Positions 42,386 through 53,012 are shown, counted from the first letter of the stretch. The stretch: DNA of 64,000 bases from an uncultured Acidobacteriaceae bacterium (GCA_963702295.1 CAVPCE010000087.1:6619-70618), one strand, 5' to 3'. Notes: generated by a model from the letters alone, not told the origin. Made by a program: numbers and translations.

Positions 42386-42973
42386 CCGCTATGCCGGATG
42401 TCACAAGCCGTACCTTCGGCGATCTCTTCCGCCTCAGCCCTGAGGAACTCGCCACCTGTCTCGACGATCAGACCCTCATGCGGTCCGCCCAGGACGGCAA
42501 ACGGCTGGCGAAATGGATGGCGGCCACACCGTGCACCCTGCCCGCCAGGAGGTGGCGCAGCAATGTGCAACGCGCTCAGCGATAGCCTGGTTTCAGCGTT
42601 TGCCGGTGCCTGGAGTAAGTACAGCGAGTTGATGGCCTGCGCCAAAGAATCTCGCGAAGATCCAAAGTCCACGATGGATGTCGCCCTGGCCGAACACGAC
42701 TTCAGATATCAAGTGGACTCCAGCGTCGACATCCTTCTGGATGGAGCCAAAGTCGCCTCCGTCCCGTTCAGCTTTGCAGCGGACTGCACAGTCAGCGGAC
42801 TCGAGCTCAGCCTTCAGAAGGGATGTGTCGTCGCCGTTCGCGCGGGCAAGCTCGATTGCGACGCAGAAATCCTTTGTGCCTCCAACTCCGTCTGGAAGCG
42901 ATCTCTCGCTACCGTCAATCTGCCTGGCGAACTGCACCTCGCCCAACCCATCCCCCTCGACGCCCCTCAATAA
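42382..42973 (+). pseudogene. hypothetical ~197-aa soluble protein, one frame change as assembled
   Basis: ATG 42382 overlaps the PASTA gene stop as ATGA. MTAMPDVTSRTFGDLFRLSPEELATCLDD...KWMAATPCTL, then after a shift near 42,540 ...MCNALSDSLVSAFAGAWSKYSELMACAKE...GELHLAQPIPLDAPQ. I recognise no motif. Confidence 0.5.
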
Positions 42974-42994
42974 ACAGGAAAGGTCATCCCGAGC

Positions 42995-43333
42995 ATGCCC
43001 CTCACCGTCGCCCAGGCCCTCCGCATCGGCCGCACCTTCCCCGCTGTCGAGGAGTCCACCACCTTCGGCGCGCCCGCTCTCAAAGTGAAGGGCACGGTCA
43101 TGGCCTGCGTCCCCACTAACAAAGCCGCCGAGCCCAACTCCCTCCTCATCCGCATGGATCGCCGCGACAGGCCGGCTCTCCTCGCTGAAGATCCGGACCT
43201 CTATTACGCCCCCGACCATTACCTCGGATACGACGGCGTCCTTGTTCGCCTCAGCCGTCTCACCCCCGAAATCGCCCACGACCTCCTCGCCATGGCTCAC
43301 AAATTCGTGGCCCGCAAGCCCCGCAAACGCTAA
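42995..43333 (+). CDS. MmcQ/YjbR-family protein
   Basis: 112 aa: ALRIGRTFPAVEESTTFGAPALKVKGTVMACVP...LLIRMD...APDHYLGYDGVLVRL, the typical YjbR pattern. Confidence 0.7.
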   Translation: MPLTVAQALRIGRTFPAVEESTTFGAPALKVKGTVMACVPTNKAAEPNSLLIRMDRRDRPALLAEDPDLYYAPDHYLGYDGVLVRLSRLTPEIAHDLLAMAHKFVARKPRKR

Positions 43334-43366
43334 TCCCCAATCCCGAATCCCGAATCCCCAATCCCC
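43332..43366 (+). repeat. 5 x 7-bp tandem repeat AATCCC(C/G)
   Basis: AATCCCC AATCCCG AATCCCG AATCCCC AATCCCC, read directly, starting at the last base of the YjbR stop codon. Confidence 0.9.
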
Positions 43367-43544
43367 CTCTCATCCCCCGAGTACGCACTTCTCCCACCAA
43401 TTGTGGAAATCATGTCAAGCCCCTGAACGCCCTGACGAAAGTAACGACCGCTGATACATAACCACTTACCCGCCAAAATTCCCACGAAAATCTGGCAGTA
43501 AACCCGTTCGAACTTGATATTCTGAACTTATAGAGTGAAAAAGA

Positions 43545-43570
43545 AAAAGCCCGCCACAAGCGGGCTTTTC
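43545..43570. terminator. bidirectional intrinsic terminator between convergent genes
   Basis: Stem AGCCCGC (43548-43554) / GCGGGCT (43560-43566) with loop CACAA. Flanked by AAAAAGAAAAA upstream and TTTTCC downstream, so a U-tract follows the hairpin on both strands (stronger on the minus strand). Confidence 0.7.
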
Positions 43571-43775
43571 CATTTGAGCCGAAACCATGACAGCGCTACC
43601 CGTCCACGCTATCCGCTATCCACTGCCGCCTACACCGTAACCCGTATCCCGTAACCCCTGTCCTCACCCCCATCGACGTTACCAATGGGGGCCAATGGAA
43701 TCAACAGACCGTCCCAACGATGCCCATCGAAAACGATGCATTTTTCCGTCGCAATCCGATCCGGTGGCCTGTGGC

Positions 43776-44234
43776 CTAGGCCTGCAACTCCACAATCTCC
43801 GCCTCCACGCGCCCCTCGTCCACCGTCGCCCGAGCCACCGTCACCGGCAGCCGAAACCTCCGCGGTCCCGCGCTTCCTGGATTTAGGTACAGCACGCCCT
43901 TCCGCCGCTCCACCCTCGGCTGGTGCGAATGGCCGCTCACAACGACCGAAATCCCCGCCGCCGAAGGATCGAGATCCAGTTCCTCCCCATCATGGATCAG
44001 ATAGAAGACGGCCCCGCCCAACTCCACCCACTCCGTCGCCGGCAGCGCCGAGCACGGCCCCGTCTGGTCGATGTTCCCTTGAATCGCCGTCACCGGCGCA
44101 ATCTCTCCCAGCGCCTCCAGGATCGCCGGATCGCCCACATCGCCCGCATGCAGAATCGCCTCGACGCCTTCCAGCGCCCGCAAAGCCTCCGGCCGCAGCA
44201 ATCCATGCGTATCGGAAATCACGCCAATCTTCAC
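43776..44234 (-). CDS. YfcE/MJ0936-type metallophosphoesterase
   Basis: MKIGVISDTHG, ILHAGDVG, YLIHDGEE and VVSGHSHQP motifs; 152 aa, intact. Confidence 0.85.
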   Translation of the reverse strand: MKIGVISDTHGLLRPEALRALEGVEAILHAGDVGDPAILEALGEIAPVTAIQGNIDQTGPCSALPATEWVELGGAVFYLIHDGEELDLDPSAAGISVVVSGHSHQPRVERRKGVLYLNPGSAGPRRFRLPVTVARATVDEGRVEAEIVELQA

Positions 44235-44321
44235 ATGGCCATTATGGCAAGAGCCGGGTGTCTTGCAATGCTCCGGAAACAGAGGTGCGAAGCGCGATTG
44301 CCTGGACGGCCAGTCCTCCCC

Positions 44322-44355
44322 TTGACAGCTTAGGAGAGTGGCGCTACTCTCCTAA
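44322..44355 (+). promoter_or_regulatory. padR promoter with overlapping perfect 10-bp inverted-repeat operator
   Basis: TTGACA (44322-44327), 17-nt spacer, TACTCT (44345-44350). The inverted repeat is TTAGGAGAGT (44330-44339)-GGCGCT-ACTCTCCTAA (44346-44355). A third half-site TTAGGAGG (44361-44368) doubles as the RBS before ATG 44374. Confidence 0.6.
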
Positions 44356-44373
44356 CAGTCTTAGGAGGCACCT

Positions 44374-44715
44374 ATGCCGGATCAGGCCCAGCTTCTCCCC
44401 GGCACGCTCGACCTGCTCATCCTCAAGGCCGTTTCCCTCGGCCCGCTGCACGGCTACGGCGTCCTCCTGCGCATCGCCCAGATCTCCGCCAGCGCTCTCC
44501 TCGTTGAGCAGGGCGCGCTCTATCCCGCGCTCTTCCGCCTCGTCCGCCAGGGCTTGCTGAAAGCCACCTGGGGAACGTCCGACAACAATCGCCGGGCTAA
44601 GTTTTACGAGCTCACCGCCACCGGCCGCAAACGCCTGCAGCAGGAAACCGACGGCTGGAACCGCCTCGCCACCGCCATCGCCTCGGCCCTCGCCGCTCGT
44701 CCTGACGAAGTCTGA
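44374..44715 (+). CDS. PadR-family transcriptional regulator
   Basis: GTLDLLILKAVSLGPLHGYGVLLRI...EQGALYPALFRLVRQGLLKATWG...RAKFYELTATGRK. Confidence 0.9.
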   Translation: MPDQAQLLPGTLDLLILKAVSLGPLHGYGVLLRIAQISASALLVEQGALYPALFRLVRQGLLKATWGTSDNNRRAKFYELTATGRKRLQQETDGWNRLATAIASALAARPDEV

Positions 44716-44729
44716 ACAAGGGAGGAAGT

Positions 44730-47373
44730 ATGCAAGCCCTCGGTGCCTTCCGCTCCCGGCTCCGCACCCGGTTCAATTCCTGGTTCGGCTCTGCTACCAG
44801 CGACCTCGACGAGGAACTGAGCGCCCACATCCAGCTGCGTGCCGACGACCTCGAGAGCTCCGGCCTGCCCCGCGCCGAAGCCGAGCGCCGCGCCCGGATC
44901 GAGTTCGGCGGCTACCAGAAATACCGCGAAGACGCCCATGAAGCGCTCGCCGGCAGCTGGACCACCGTCTTCCTGCAGGACCTCCGCGTCGCCCTGCGCG
45001 TCCTCCGCAAGTCGCCCGGCTTCACCTGCACCGCCATCGTCACCCTGGCCCTCGCCATCGGCGCCAACGCACTGGCCTTTGGTGTTCTCAACGGCCTTAT
45101 CCTCCGCTCCCTCGGCGTGCCGCAGCCGCAGAATCTCTGGGGCATCGAGCACTTCGAATCCTTTCCCAACTATCGCGATCTCCGCGATCGTAATCGCACC
45201 TTTCAGGGTCTCGCCGCCTGGAAAATGGTCTTCACCACCCTCGATACCGGCAAGGATCCGGCGGGTGCCACCGGTTATGCCGTCAGCGGCAACTACTTCG
45301 ACATCATCGGCATTCAACCTCAGCTGGGGCGCCTGATCCACGCCTCCGACGAACATGGGCCCAACAGTGCGCCTTATATCGTCCTCTCCGCACCCTTCTG
45401 GCACTCGCGCTTCCACGATGATCGCGCCGTCATCGGCCGTGTCGTCCGGCTTGGCCCGTATCCCTTCACCGTCATCGGTGTCGCTCCCTCCGGCTTTCAC
45501 GGCACTCTGATGTTTATCGCCCCCGACTTCTTCATGCCCATCGTCAACCAACCGCAGGTGGACGGCCAAAGCTTGCTTGACGAGCGAGGCAACACGCAGG
45601 GCGTCTTTGAAATGATTGGCCGCCTGAAACCCGGCGTCACCGCTGCCCAGGCCGCTGCCGATCTCACCAGCATCGGCGCCTCTCTGGAAAAGGCCTATCC
45701 AAAAGATGTGCCTCATCAGGACTACACACCGGCGCATCCTGGCCTCTTCGTCTTTGGCGGCCCTGCTCGCGCTTTCCTTGCCGGCCTCGTGCTTCTCGCC
45801 GCGCTGATCCTCATCGCCGCCTGCGCCAACCTCGGCAGCCTCTTCGCCGCGAGGTCCGCGGACCGTTTCCGCGAAATCGCGCTCCGCCTCGCTCTCGGTT
45901 CCACCCGCCGCCGCATCCTGCGTCAGCTAGTCACTGAGGCGATCCTTGTCTCGCTGGCGGGTGGCGCCGTCGGTCTGGCCGGCAGCATCGTCCTCCTGCG
46001 CTGGCTCAGCCAGTGGCAGCCGTTTCCTGTGGCGCCCATCCACCTCCCGGTCACTCCCGACGCGCGTGTCTTCGGTCTTGCTCTGCTTCTCGCCCTCCTC
46101 AGCGGACTCGCATTCGGCAGCGTCCCCCTCCGCCAGGTTCTGCGCGCGCATCCTTATGAAGTCATCAAAGCTGGATCAACCGGCGCACCCGGTCGCCGCA
46201 CCACGCTCCGCGACGTCCTTCTCGTCGTCCAGATCGCCATTTGCGCCGTCCTCGTCACATCGTCTCTGGTTGCCGTGCGCGGCCTGGTCCGCGCGCTCCG
46301 CGGCCACTTTGGCTTCGAGCCCCGCAACGCCATGATCGTCGAAGCCGACCTGGCCTCCGCCGGATATACCGGCGACCGCCTCCTCGATACGCAGACGCGT
46401 CTCGTTCATCGCCTCGAAAGCGTGCCGGGCGTACAGAATGTCGGCCTCGTCACCCTCTATCCGCCCCTCGTCTATGCCGCCGCCACCGACACGCATGTCT
46501 TCTCTGAAGACGCTCGTGACCTGCGCTCCATCAACGCGGCGGCCGTGCCCTATCGCTACGACGTCTCCCCGGGTTATCTCGCCGCCGCTGGAACCTCATT
46601 GCTGGCTGGCCGCGACTTCACCTGGCACGACGACCAGAAAGCGCCCCGCGTCGCGATCGTGAATCTCGACCTCGCCCGAAAACTCGGCGCAGGCGCCCGT
46701 GCCGTTGGCCGCTACTTCCGACTGCAGGACGGAACCCGCGTTCAGATTATCGGCATCGCCGAAGATGGCAAATATATGAGCGTCACCGAGAGCCAGGCTC
46801 CGGCCATGTTCCTCCCCTTCCTGCAGTCGCCGGTTCGCGTCACAGAGTTCATCGTTCGCTCCAGCCGCGATCCTCAACTGATGATCCCCGCTCTTCGCGA
46901 CGCTGCGCACCAGGTTGACGGCGGTCTCCGTGTCGACATTGATTCGTGGACGAACTACCTCGGTGTCGCTCTCTTCCCCTCGCGCGTCGCCAGCGTCGCC
47001 CTCGGCGTCCTCGGCTTGATGGGCGCCATGCTTTGCGTCACCGGCATCTTTGGAATGGCGGCGTATTCGGTCAGCCGCCGCCTCCGCGAACTTGGCATCC
47101 GCATCGCCCTCGGCGCTCGGAGAAGAGAAGTGCTTGATGCCGCGCTCGGCCGCGCTCTCCGCCTCCTCGCCCTAAGGCTCAGCCGCAGGCCTCGTGCTCG
47201 GTGTTCTCGCCAGCCGCGTGCTTGCTTCGATCGTTTACCAGGCCTCGCCCCGCGACCCCTTCGTGCTGGCGGGCGTCGTCCTGGCAATGGCTTTGCTGGG
47301 CGTGATTGCCGCATGGATTCCCGCCCAGCGTGCTCTATCTCTTGATCCCCTGGTCCTGCTTCGCGAGGAGTAA
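44730..47373 (+). pseudogene. ADOP-family duplicated FtsX/MacB-like permease, one frame change near the 3' end as assembled
   Basis: About 880 aa: N-terminal ELSAHIQLRADDLESSGLPRAEAERRARIEFGG, then two FtsX-type permease halves. A shift near 47,170 restores ...GSAAGLVLGVLASRVLASIVYQASPRDPFVLAGVVLAMALLGVIAAWIPAQRALSLDPLVLLREE*. PadR + ADOP is a recurrent acidobacterial gene pair. Confidence 0.85.
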
Positions 47374-47397
47374 GGACGCCCGAATGAACCGGCGCGA

Positions 47398-48234
47398 TTA
47401 CAGCCCGATTGCGATCCGCGTCCGCGGATCCAGATAGTCGCGCAGCGCATCGCCGAGGAAGTTGAAGCACAGCACGCACAGCGCAACCGCAATCGCCGGG
47501 AAAACCACCAGGTGTGGCGCCTCAAACAAAAACGGCCGCGCATCGTTCAGCATCGATCCCCAGCTCGCCGCCGGCGGCGGCACGCCGAGTCCCAGGAAGC
47601 TGAGCGTTGCTTCCGCGAGCACCGCGCCCGCCATCCCAATTGCCGCCTGCACAATCAGCGGCTGCAAAATGTTCGGCAGAATGTGCCGCACAAAAATGCG
47701 CAGATCGCTCGCCCCCAGCGCCCGTGCCGCCTCCACAAACTCGCGCTCCCGCACCGCCAGAACCTGGGCCCGCACCAGCCGCGCGTATCCGACCCAGCCG
47801 CCGATGGAGAGCGCCAGAATCAGGTTCAGCAGCCCCGGCCCCAGGAACGCGACAAAAGCAATGGCCAGCAGAATCCCCGGCAGCGCCAGGAACGCATTCA
47901 TCAAAAATGTATTGATGACCACATCAGTCCAGCGACCGTAATAGCCTGCAATCCCGCCGAATACCAGCCCCAGAAACAGCGACAGGCTCACCACCGAGAC
48001 CGCCACCGTCAGCGACAGTCGCGCGCCAAAGATCACTCGCGAGAGAACGTCCCGGCCCAGCTCGTCAGTGCCCAGCCAGTGCGCCCGGCTCGGCCCAGCC
48101 AGCCGGTGCAGCAGATCGAGCGCCGCGGGATCGTACGGCGCCAGCACCGGGGCAAACAGAGCCATCACCACGAAAAGCACCATCAGCCCCACGCCCACGA
48201 ATGCCAGCGGTTCTCGCCGCAGCCGCTCGCCCAT
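47398..48234 (-). CDS. ABC transporter permease, DppC/OppC-type
   Basis: HWLGTDELGRDVLSRVIFGARLSL, then the EAA-loop region VEAARALGASDLRIFVRHILPN. Start taken at MGERLRREP (48234); the track ORF starts at 48300. Confidence 0.8.
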   Translation of the reverse strand: MGERLRREPLAFVGVGLMVLFVVMALFAPVLAPYDPAALDLLHRLAGPSRAHWLGTDELGRDVLSRVIFGARLSLTVAVSVVSLSLFLGLVFGGIAGYYGRWTDVVINTFLMNAFLALPGILLAIAFVAFLGPGLLNLILALSIGGWVGYARLVRAQVLAVREREFVEAARALGASDLRIFVRHILPNILQPLIVQAAIGMAGAVLAEATLSFLGLGVPPPAASWGSMLNDARPFLFEAPHLVVFPAIAVALCVLCFNFLGDALRDYLDPRTRIAIGL

Positions 48235-48593
48235 GCCGGCTCCCCACCCGCCCTTCACGCTGGACGGGGCCGAGGCGATGTTCAGTGCACTCGATTCCAC
48301 CTGGACAGACTCTCAGAAAGCAGGGAATTAACGCGGTCCGCGCGTTTGCAGCGCGGCTTGACAACCATAGTAACCGTCCAGACAATAAACCTACGCCACA
48401 CGTCGCGCGTCCTCATTTTTCACGGCCTCTCTTGAGAGAGTTGCATTTTCCCTCTGGTGTTCCGCACCCACCTGGACTGTAATTAATGCATCGCAAAAAG
48501 TGTCTGCCCAAACGCAGGGGAGCTTCTGAGTGAGCCCCAAAAATCAGAATTCCACCGCCAGCGGTAAGGGCGCTTGCTCACTCTGAGACCGGC

Positions 48594-49800
48594 ATGCGTA
48601 TCTTTGTCAACGAATTTTGCGGGCACGCCTTTCAGATCGAGCTGAGCCGGGAACTGGCCCGGCGCGGCCATCAGGTCCTGCATGTCTACTTCGCCGACAA
48701 TCACTCCACCCGAAGGGCCCGACCTCGGGCGCGGTGCCTGGCCTCGCTATCGAGGGCCTGCATATCACGCGCACCTTCGCCAAGCACTCTCTGCTCACCC
48801 GCCGCCAGGCGGATCTCGAATATGGGCGCGTCGTTGCGGAACGGATGACCCGCTTCAGTCCCGATGTCGTCATCTCCGCCAACATGCCGCTCGATGCGCA
48901 GAACCTTCTGCAGAAGGCCGCCCGCGCCCACAACGCACGCTTCGTCTTCTGGCTCCAGGATGTCTACAGCGTGGCCGCGCGCTTCGTCCTGCAAAAGAAG
49001 GCGCGCCTGCTGGCCTCCCTGGGCGGCGCGTATTTCGAGCGCCTGGAAAAGCGGCTGCTGCGGCACTCCGATGCGATCGTGTGCATCGCTCCCGGCTTCG
49101 CCGACTTTGTGAAACGCTGGGGCGTGCCAGTGGAGAAGCTCGCTGTGATTCCCAACTGGGCGCCTCTGGATGAAGTCGTGCCGCTGCCTCACGACAACGC
49201 CTGGGCTCGCGAGAACGGTGTGGCTGGAAAATTCTGCTTCATGTACTCCGGCACCCTCGGCATGAAACACCGGCCCGAGTTGCTGCTCGCCCTGGCCAAA
49301 CGGCTGGAGACCACCGGAAACGCACGCCTCATCGTGATCGCCGGCGGCGCCGGTGCCGACTGGCTGGCTGCCAAAAAACACGAGGTCCGCTCGGACGTTC
49401 TGACCCTTCTGCCCTTTCAACCCTACGAGCGTATTGCCGAAGTCCTCGCTTCGGCCGACGTGCTCATCACGCTGCTGGATTCCGAAGCGGGCGCCTTTGC
49501 CGTGCCTTCCAAGACACTCTCGTATCTCTGTGCGAGCCGCGCCCTCATCGTCGCCGCCCCGGCGGAAAACGAAGCGGCCCGGGTGGTCGAACGTGCGGGC
49601 GCCGGCTCTGTCGTCACCCCCGACAATCCTGCCGGCCTGATCGCGGCGGCCGAGCGCCTGCTCGCTGACCCCGCCCTGTGCGCGCGATACGGAGCCAGCG
49701 GTCGCGCTTACGCTGAGGCCCATTTCTCCATCCAGGCCATCGCCGATCGCTTCCTGTCGATTCTCGCCTCGCCCACCTCCCCGACTGCCGCCGCCGCGGC
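48594..49800 (+). pseudogene. family-4 glycosyltransferase (WcaI-like), one frame change near the 5' end; 3' end imprecise
   Basis: MRIFVNEFCGHAFQIELSRELARRGHQVLHVYFAD. After a shift near 48,700 the sequence reads ...VISANMPL...FVFWLQDVYS...FMYSGTLGMKHRPELLL...PSKTLSYLCASRALIV. No stop occurs in the reading frame before the next gene. Confidence 0.7.
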
Positions 49801-49802
49801 CG

Positions 49803-50900
49803 ATGGGCTTCCACAAAACTTGCCTCTGGAGAAACGGCGCGTTGGTAAGCGAGAGCCCCACCGCCGCGCCTTTCACCTGTCGCTCCGGAAGAGACCACCG
49901 TCGTCCTCTTCGGCGGCACCGGTTTCATCGGTACACATCTCGCGCAGGAATGGCTGCGCGCTCGGCTGGCGAAGAAGATCGTCCTCGTCGATTTGCTGCC
50001 GCCCCGCAACGAACCGTATTGCGCCGACCTGCAGACGGGCTTGCCGACGGGCGCATCGAGTTCGTCCGCTGGGGATGTTCGGCAGCCGATCCCCCCGATC
50101 TTCTTCCTAAGGCCGACCTCATCTTCAATCTCGCCGCCATTCATCGCGAGCCGGGCCACGCCGCATCCGAGTACTTCGAAACCAACCTTCCTGGTGAGAT
50201 GTTGTGCCTGGGCCCGTCCGTCGGCTGCTCGCGCATGGTCTTTACCAGCAGCATTTCTCCCTATGGCCCATCCGAAGACCTGAAAGACGAATCCTCTCTC
50301 CCTGCCCCGGAAACGCCCTACGGCAGCTCCAAACTCGAGGCGGAGAAGATTCACATGAGATGGCAATCTGACCTTCACTCTCGGCGCGTTCTCACTCTGC
50401 GTCCCGGCGTAGTCTTCGGTCCCGGCGAGGGCGGCAACGTCACGCGCCTCGTGCGCAGCGTGGTCAAAGGCTATTTCGCCTACATGGGCAATCGCCAGAC
50501 CCGCAAAGCCGGCGGTTACGTCAAAGAGCTGTGCCGAGCCATCCGCTTTGGCCTTGATACTCAGGACCGCAGGGAGAAGCGGTCATGCTGCTTAATTTCT
50601 CCATGGATCCTCCCGCCACCCTCGAAAGCTATGTCAACGCAATTCGCAGCGTCGCCGGCGTCCGCCGACGTCCCATGAGCGTGCCGCGTTCGCTGCTGGT
50701 CGGCATCGCTTACCCATCGATGCGGTCGCGCGCACCTTTGGTATCCGTCAGCCGATTAGTCCCGTGCGCGTCCGCAAGCTGTTCCGTTCCACGTCCATGA
50801 TCCCGCCGGCTTGCGGCAACGCGGCTACGTTTGGCAATACACTCTGGAAGAGGCGTTCCTCGACTGGAAACGCGACCGCCCCGAGGACTTCGCCCGATAA
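49803..50900 (+). pseudogene. NAD-dependent epimerase/dehydratase family protein, several frame changes as assembled; 5' end imprecise
   Basis: TTVVLFGGTGFIGTHLAQEW (Rossmann GxxGxxG), IFNLAAIHREPGH, VFTSSISPYG, YGSSKLEAE (YxxxK), LRPGVVFGPGEGGN, and a C-terminal ...YTLEEAFLDWKRDRPEDFAR*. Confidence 0.7.
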
Positions 50901-50923
50901 ACGGCAGGGCAGGGAAGAGCAAC

Positions 50924-51680
50924 ATGGCCTTTCGACGCAGACATCGACCTCTCGCGCTCGCCGCAGCGATCCTCGTTGCCTCTTTGTCCTTCGCCCATGC
51001 GCAGTCGGATTCCGATGCGCGCCGCGTCTTCACCCTCACCAACCTGGACCGCCAACGTCAGGGCCTGCCGCAACTCGCATGGAACCCGGCTCTCGCCGCC
51101 GCTGCCGAAGCCCACGCCCAGTGGATGCTCCGCGAGCCGAGCCTCTCTCATCAGTATTCCGGTGAGCCCGATCTAATGTCGCGCGCGGCACGCGCCCGCG
51201 CCCACTTCCGCGCCATTGCCGAAAACATTGCCATCGGCCCAACCCCCGACTCGCTTGACGATCAGTGGATGCACTCCACCCCGCACCGGACCAACATCCT
51301 CGATCCAAAGATGAACGCCATCGGCGTGGCTGTTCTGCGTCGCGGTCCCAATCTCTACGCTGTTGAGGATTTCGCCCAGTCGAACGAAGCTCTCACTCTC
51401 CAGCAAGTGGAGCAGCGTCTGCGCGCTCTCCTCCACGACCAGGGTGTTGACGCAGCGGCTCCTTCCGCTCCCGCAGAGAATGCCTGTGCTTCTACCAGCG
51501 GCATGCCCGCCGGCGCCCGCTCGATTGTGCGTTTCCAGACGCCCGACCTGAGTCAGCTCCCCGCTCAGGTGGTCCAGGTCATCCATAGCCGGGACTTCCG
51601 CAAGGCCGCGGTTGGAGCATGTGCTCCCACACCCGCTCAGGCCGGCTTCACGACGTATCGAGTAGCGATCGTCTTTATTA
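50924..51680 (+). CDS. CAP/SCP-domain secreted protein (3' end uncertain)
   Basis: Signal MAFRRRHRPLALAAAILVASLSFAHAQ. CAP motifs LTNLDRQRQGLPQLAWNPALAAAAEAHAQWM and WMHSTPHRTNILDPKMNAIGVAV. The track ORF runs on to 51859 across the convergent htpX gene, so the true stop is probably near 51,680. Confidence 0.65.
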
Positions 51681-51684
51681 GCGT

Positions 51685-52541
51685 TCAGCGCTGCGGCGCG
51701 CCGTACACACTCGACCGCCCGATCAGCCGCTCGATTCGCTTTGCAATCGGAGGATGTGTCGAGAACAGATTTGCAAACGACTCGCGGCTCAGCAGCGGCT
51801 CCACAATAAACAGGTGCGCTGTTGTCGGCGACCCCGGCATCGGCATCCGCTTCGAGTAAGCATCAGGCTTCTCCAGCGCACTGGCCAGCGCATAAGGATT
51901 GCCCGTAATCTGCGCCCCCGTCGCATCCGCTTCATACTCGCGCGAACGAGAAACAGCCAGCTGGATCAGCATTGCCGCAATCGGCGCCAGAATCAGCATG
52001 AACAGCGCGCTGATCCCGCCGCCCCGGCGATCGCGCCCGCCTCCGCCGTAGCCGAACATCTCTGCCCACCAGCCCATACGCGCCAGCAGCGTGATCGCGC
52101 CGCCAGCGTTGCAGCAATCGAGCTGGTCAGAATATCCCGGTTTGCGCACGTGCCCCAGTTCGTGAGCCAGTACTCCCTCCAGCTCATCGTCGTTCAGCAG
52201 CTGCAGAATCCCGTGGGTGACCGCGACCGAGGCATGCTTCGGATTCCGTCCCGTCGCAAACGCGTTGGGGAGTCTGTAGGAATACATAAATCTTTGGCAT
52301 CGGGATGCCCATCTTCTGCGTCATCCGCTCCACTACCGCGTAGGCACGGGGCGGCCCCGGCTCACCGGCTGCGCCCGATACATCGCCAGCGCCAGCTTGT
52401 CGGAAAAAAATAGCTGAAGAAGTTCATCCCTGCAGCAATCACGAATGCGATGATGGCGCCGTTCTCTCCCCAGCGGCTGCCAATGAGAACCAGAAGCAGA
52501 GTGAGTGTCGTCAGCAGAAATGTCGTCTTGAGTGCGTTCAT
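51685..52541 (-). pseudogene. htpX: zinc metalloprotease HtpX (M48), frame changes as assembled
   Basis: MNALKTTFLLTTLTLLLVLIG...MNFFSYFFSDKLALAMY..., NAFATGRNPKHASVAVTHGIL, LEGVLAHELGHV, REYEADATGA, LFSTHPPIAKRIERL. GAGGAGG precedes ATG 52541. Confidence 0.85.
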
Positions 52542-52831
52542 TGTGGCCTCCTCGTCGAGGCATCCTGTCTTTATCTTTCCACAGTGACAGATGCGTCGTC
52601 GGCGCACCGGTCGCAAGTGCCCTGTCGTCGCGGCATCAGGTTCTCTTCGAAGCGCCCCGCCAGAGGCCCTTTTGTGTCGCCCATCACAAGCTGCCTGTGG
52701 GATTGCATACGCCGGCACCCGGGTGAATATGAAAAGCTGGAGCCGAATTGTCCAAAATGCTAACTCTCCTGACATCAAAGCAGCCCTACCTGTTAGCCCT
52801 TGAGTAAATCGTTTTACACCAAAGTAACGAT

Positions 52832-52846
52832 AACGATTCAATCGTT
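52832..52846. promoter_or_regulatory. palindrome AACGATT-C-AATCGTT in a cluster of AATCGTT/AACGAT half-sites upstream of a TonB receptor gene
   Basis: Read directly. Additional half-sites lie at 52807-52813 and 52826-31. The cluster is 167 nt upstream of ATG 53013. Confidence 0.4.
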
Positions 52847-53012
52847 TAGATCGAATATTCTCTCGTGGCTGCCGTCTCGGAAATCATTCCCCGCCACATC
52901 CCCCTTCGCGGTCTCCGAGTTGCCCCTCCCATAGCACTTAATTCCAACAGCGGTTATGTTGCGGAACCGGCCCTGCCGTTTCTCTCCAGCGCAGCGTAGC
53001 AAAGGGGAACCG

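Noticed and set aside
43332-43366. CRISPR array or telomere among the short tandem repeats (the 7-bp array here, the 9-bp arrays at 4453-4479 and 17388-17414, and the GTCATCC family).
   Set aside because: The units are far too short and lack spacers, so they are not CRISPR. The GTCATCC copies are 140-205 bp, kilobases apart and not separated by unique spacers of regular size. The heptamer array is internal to a contig.
43380-43570. A small RNA in the lower-GC tract ahead of the 43,548-43,566 hairpin.
   Set aside because: The hairpin lies between two convergent genes and has U-tracts on both strands. It is adequately explained as their shared bidirectional terminator, and no promoter-like element is evident.
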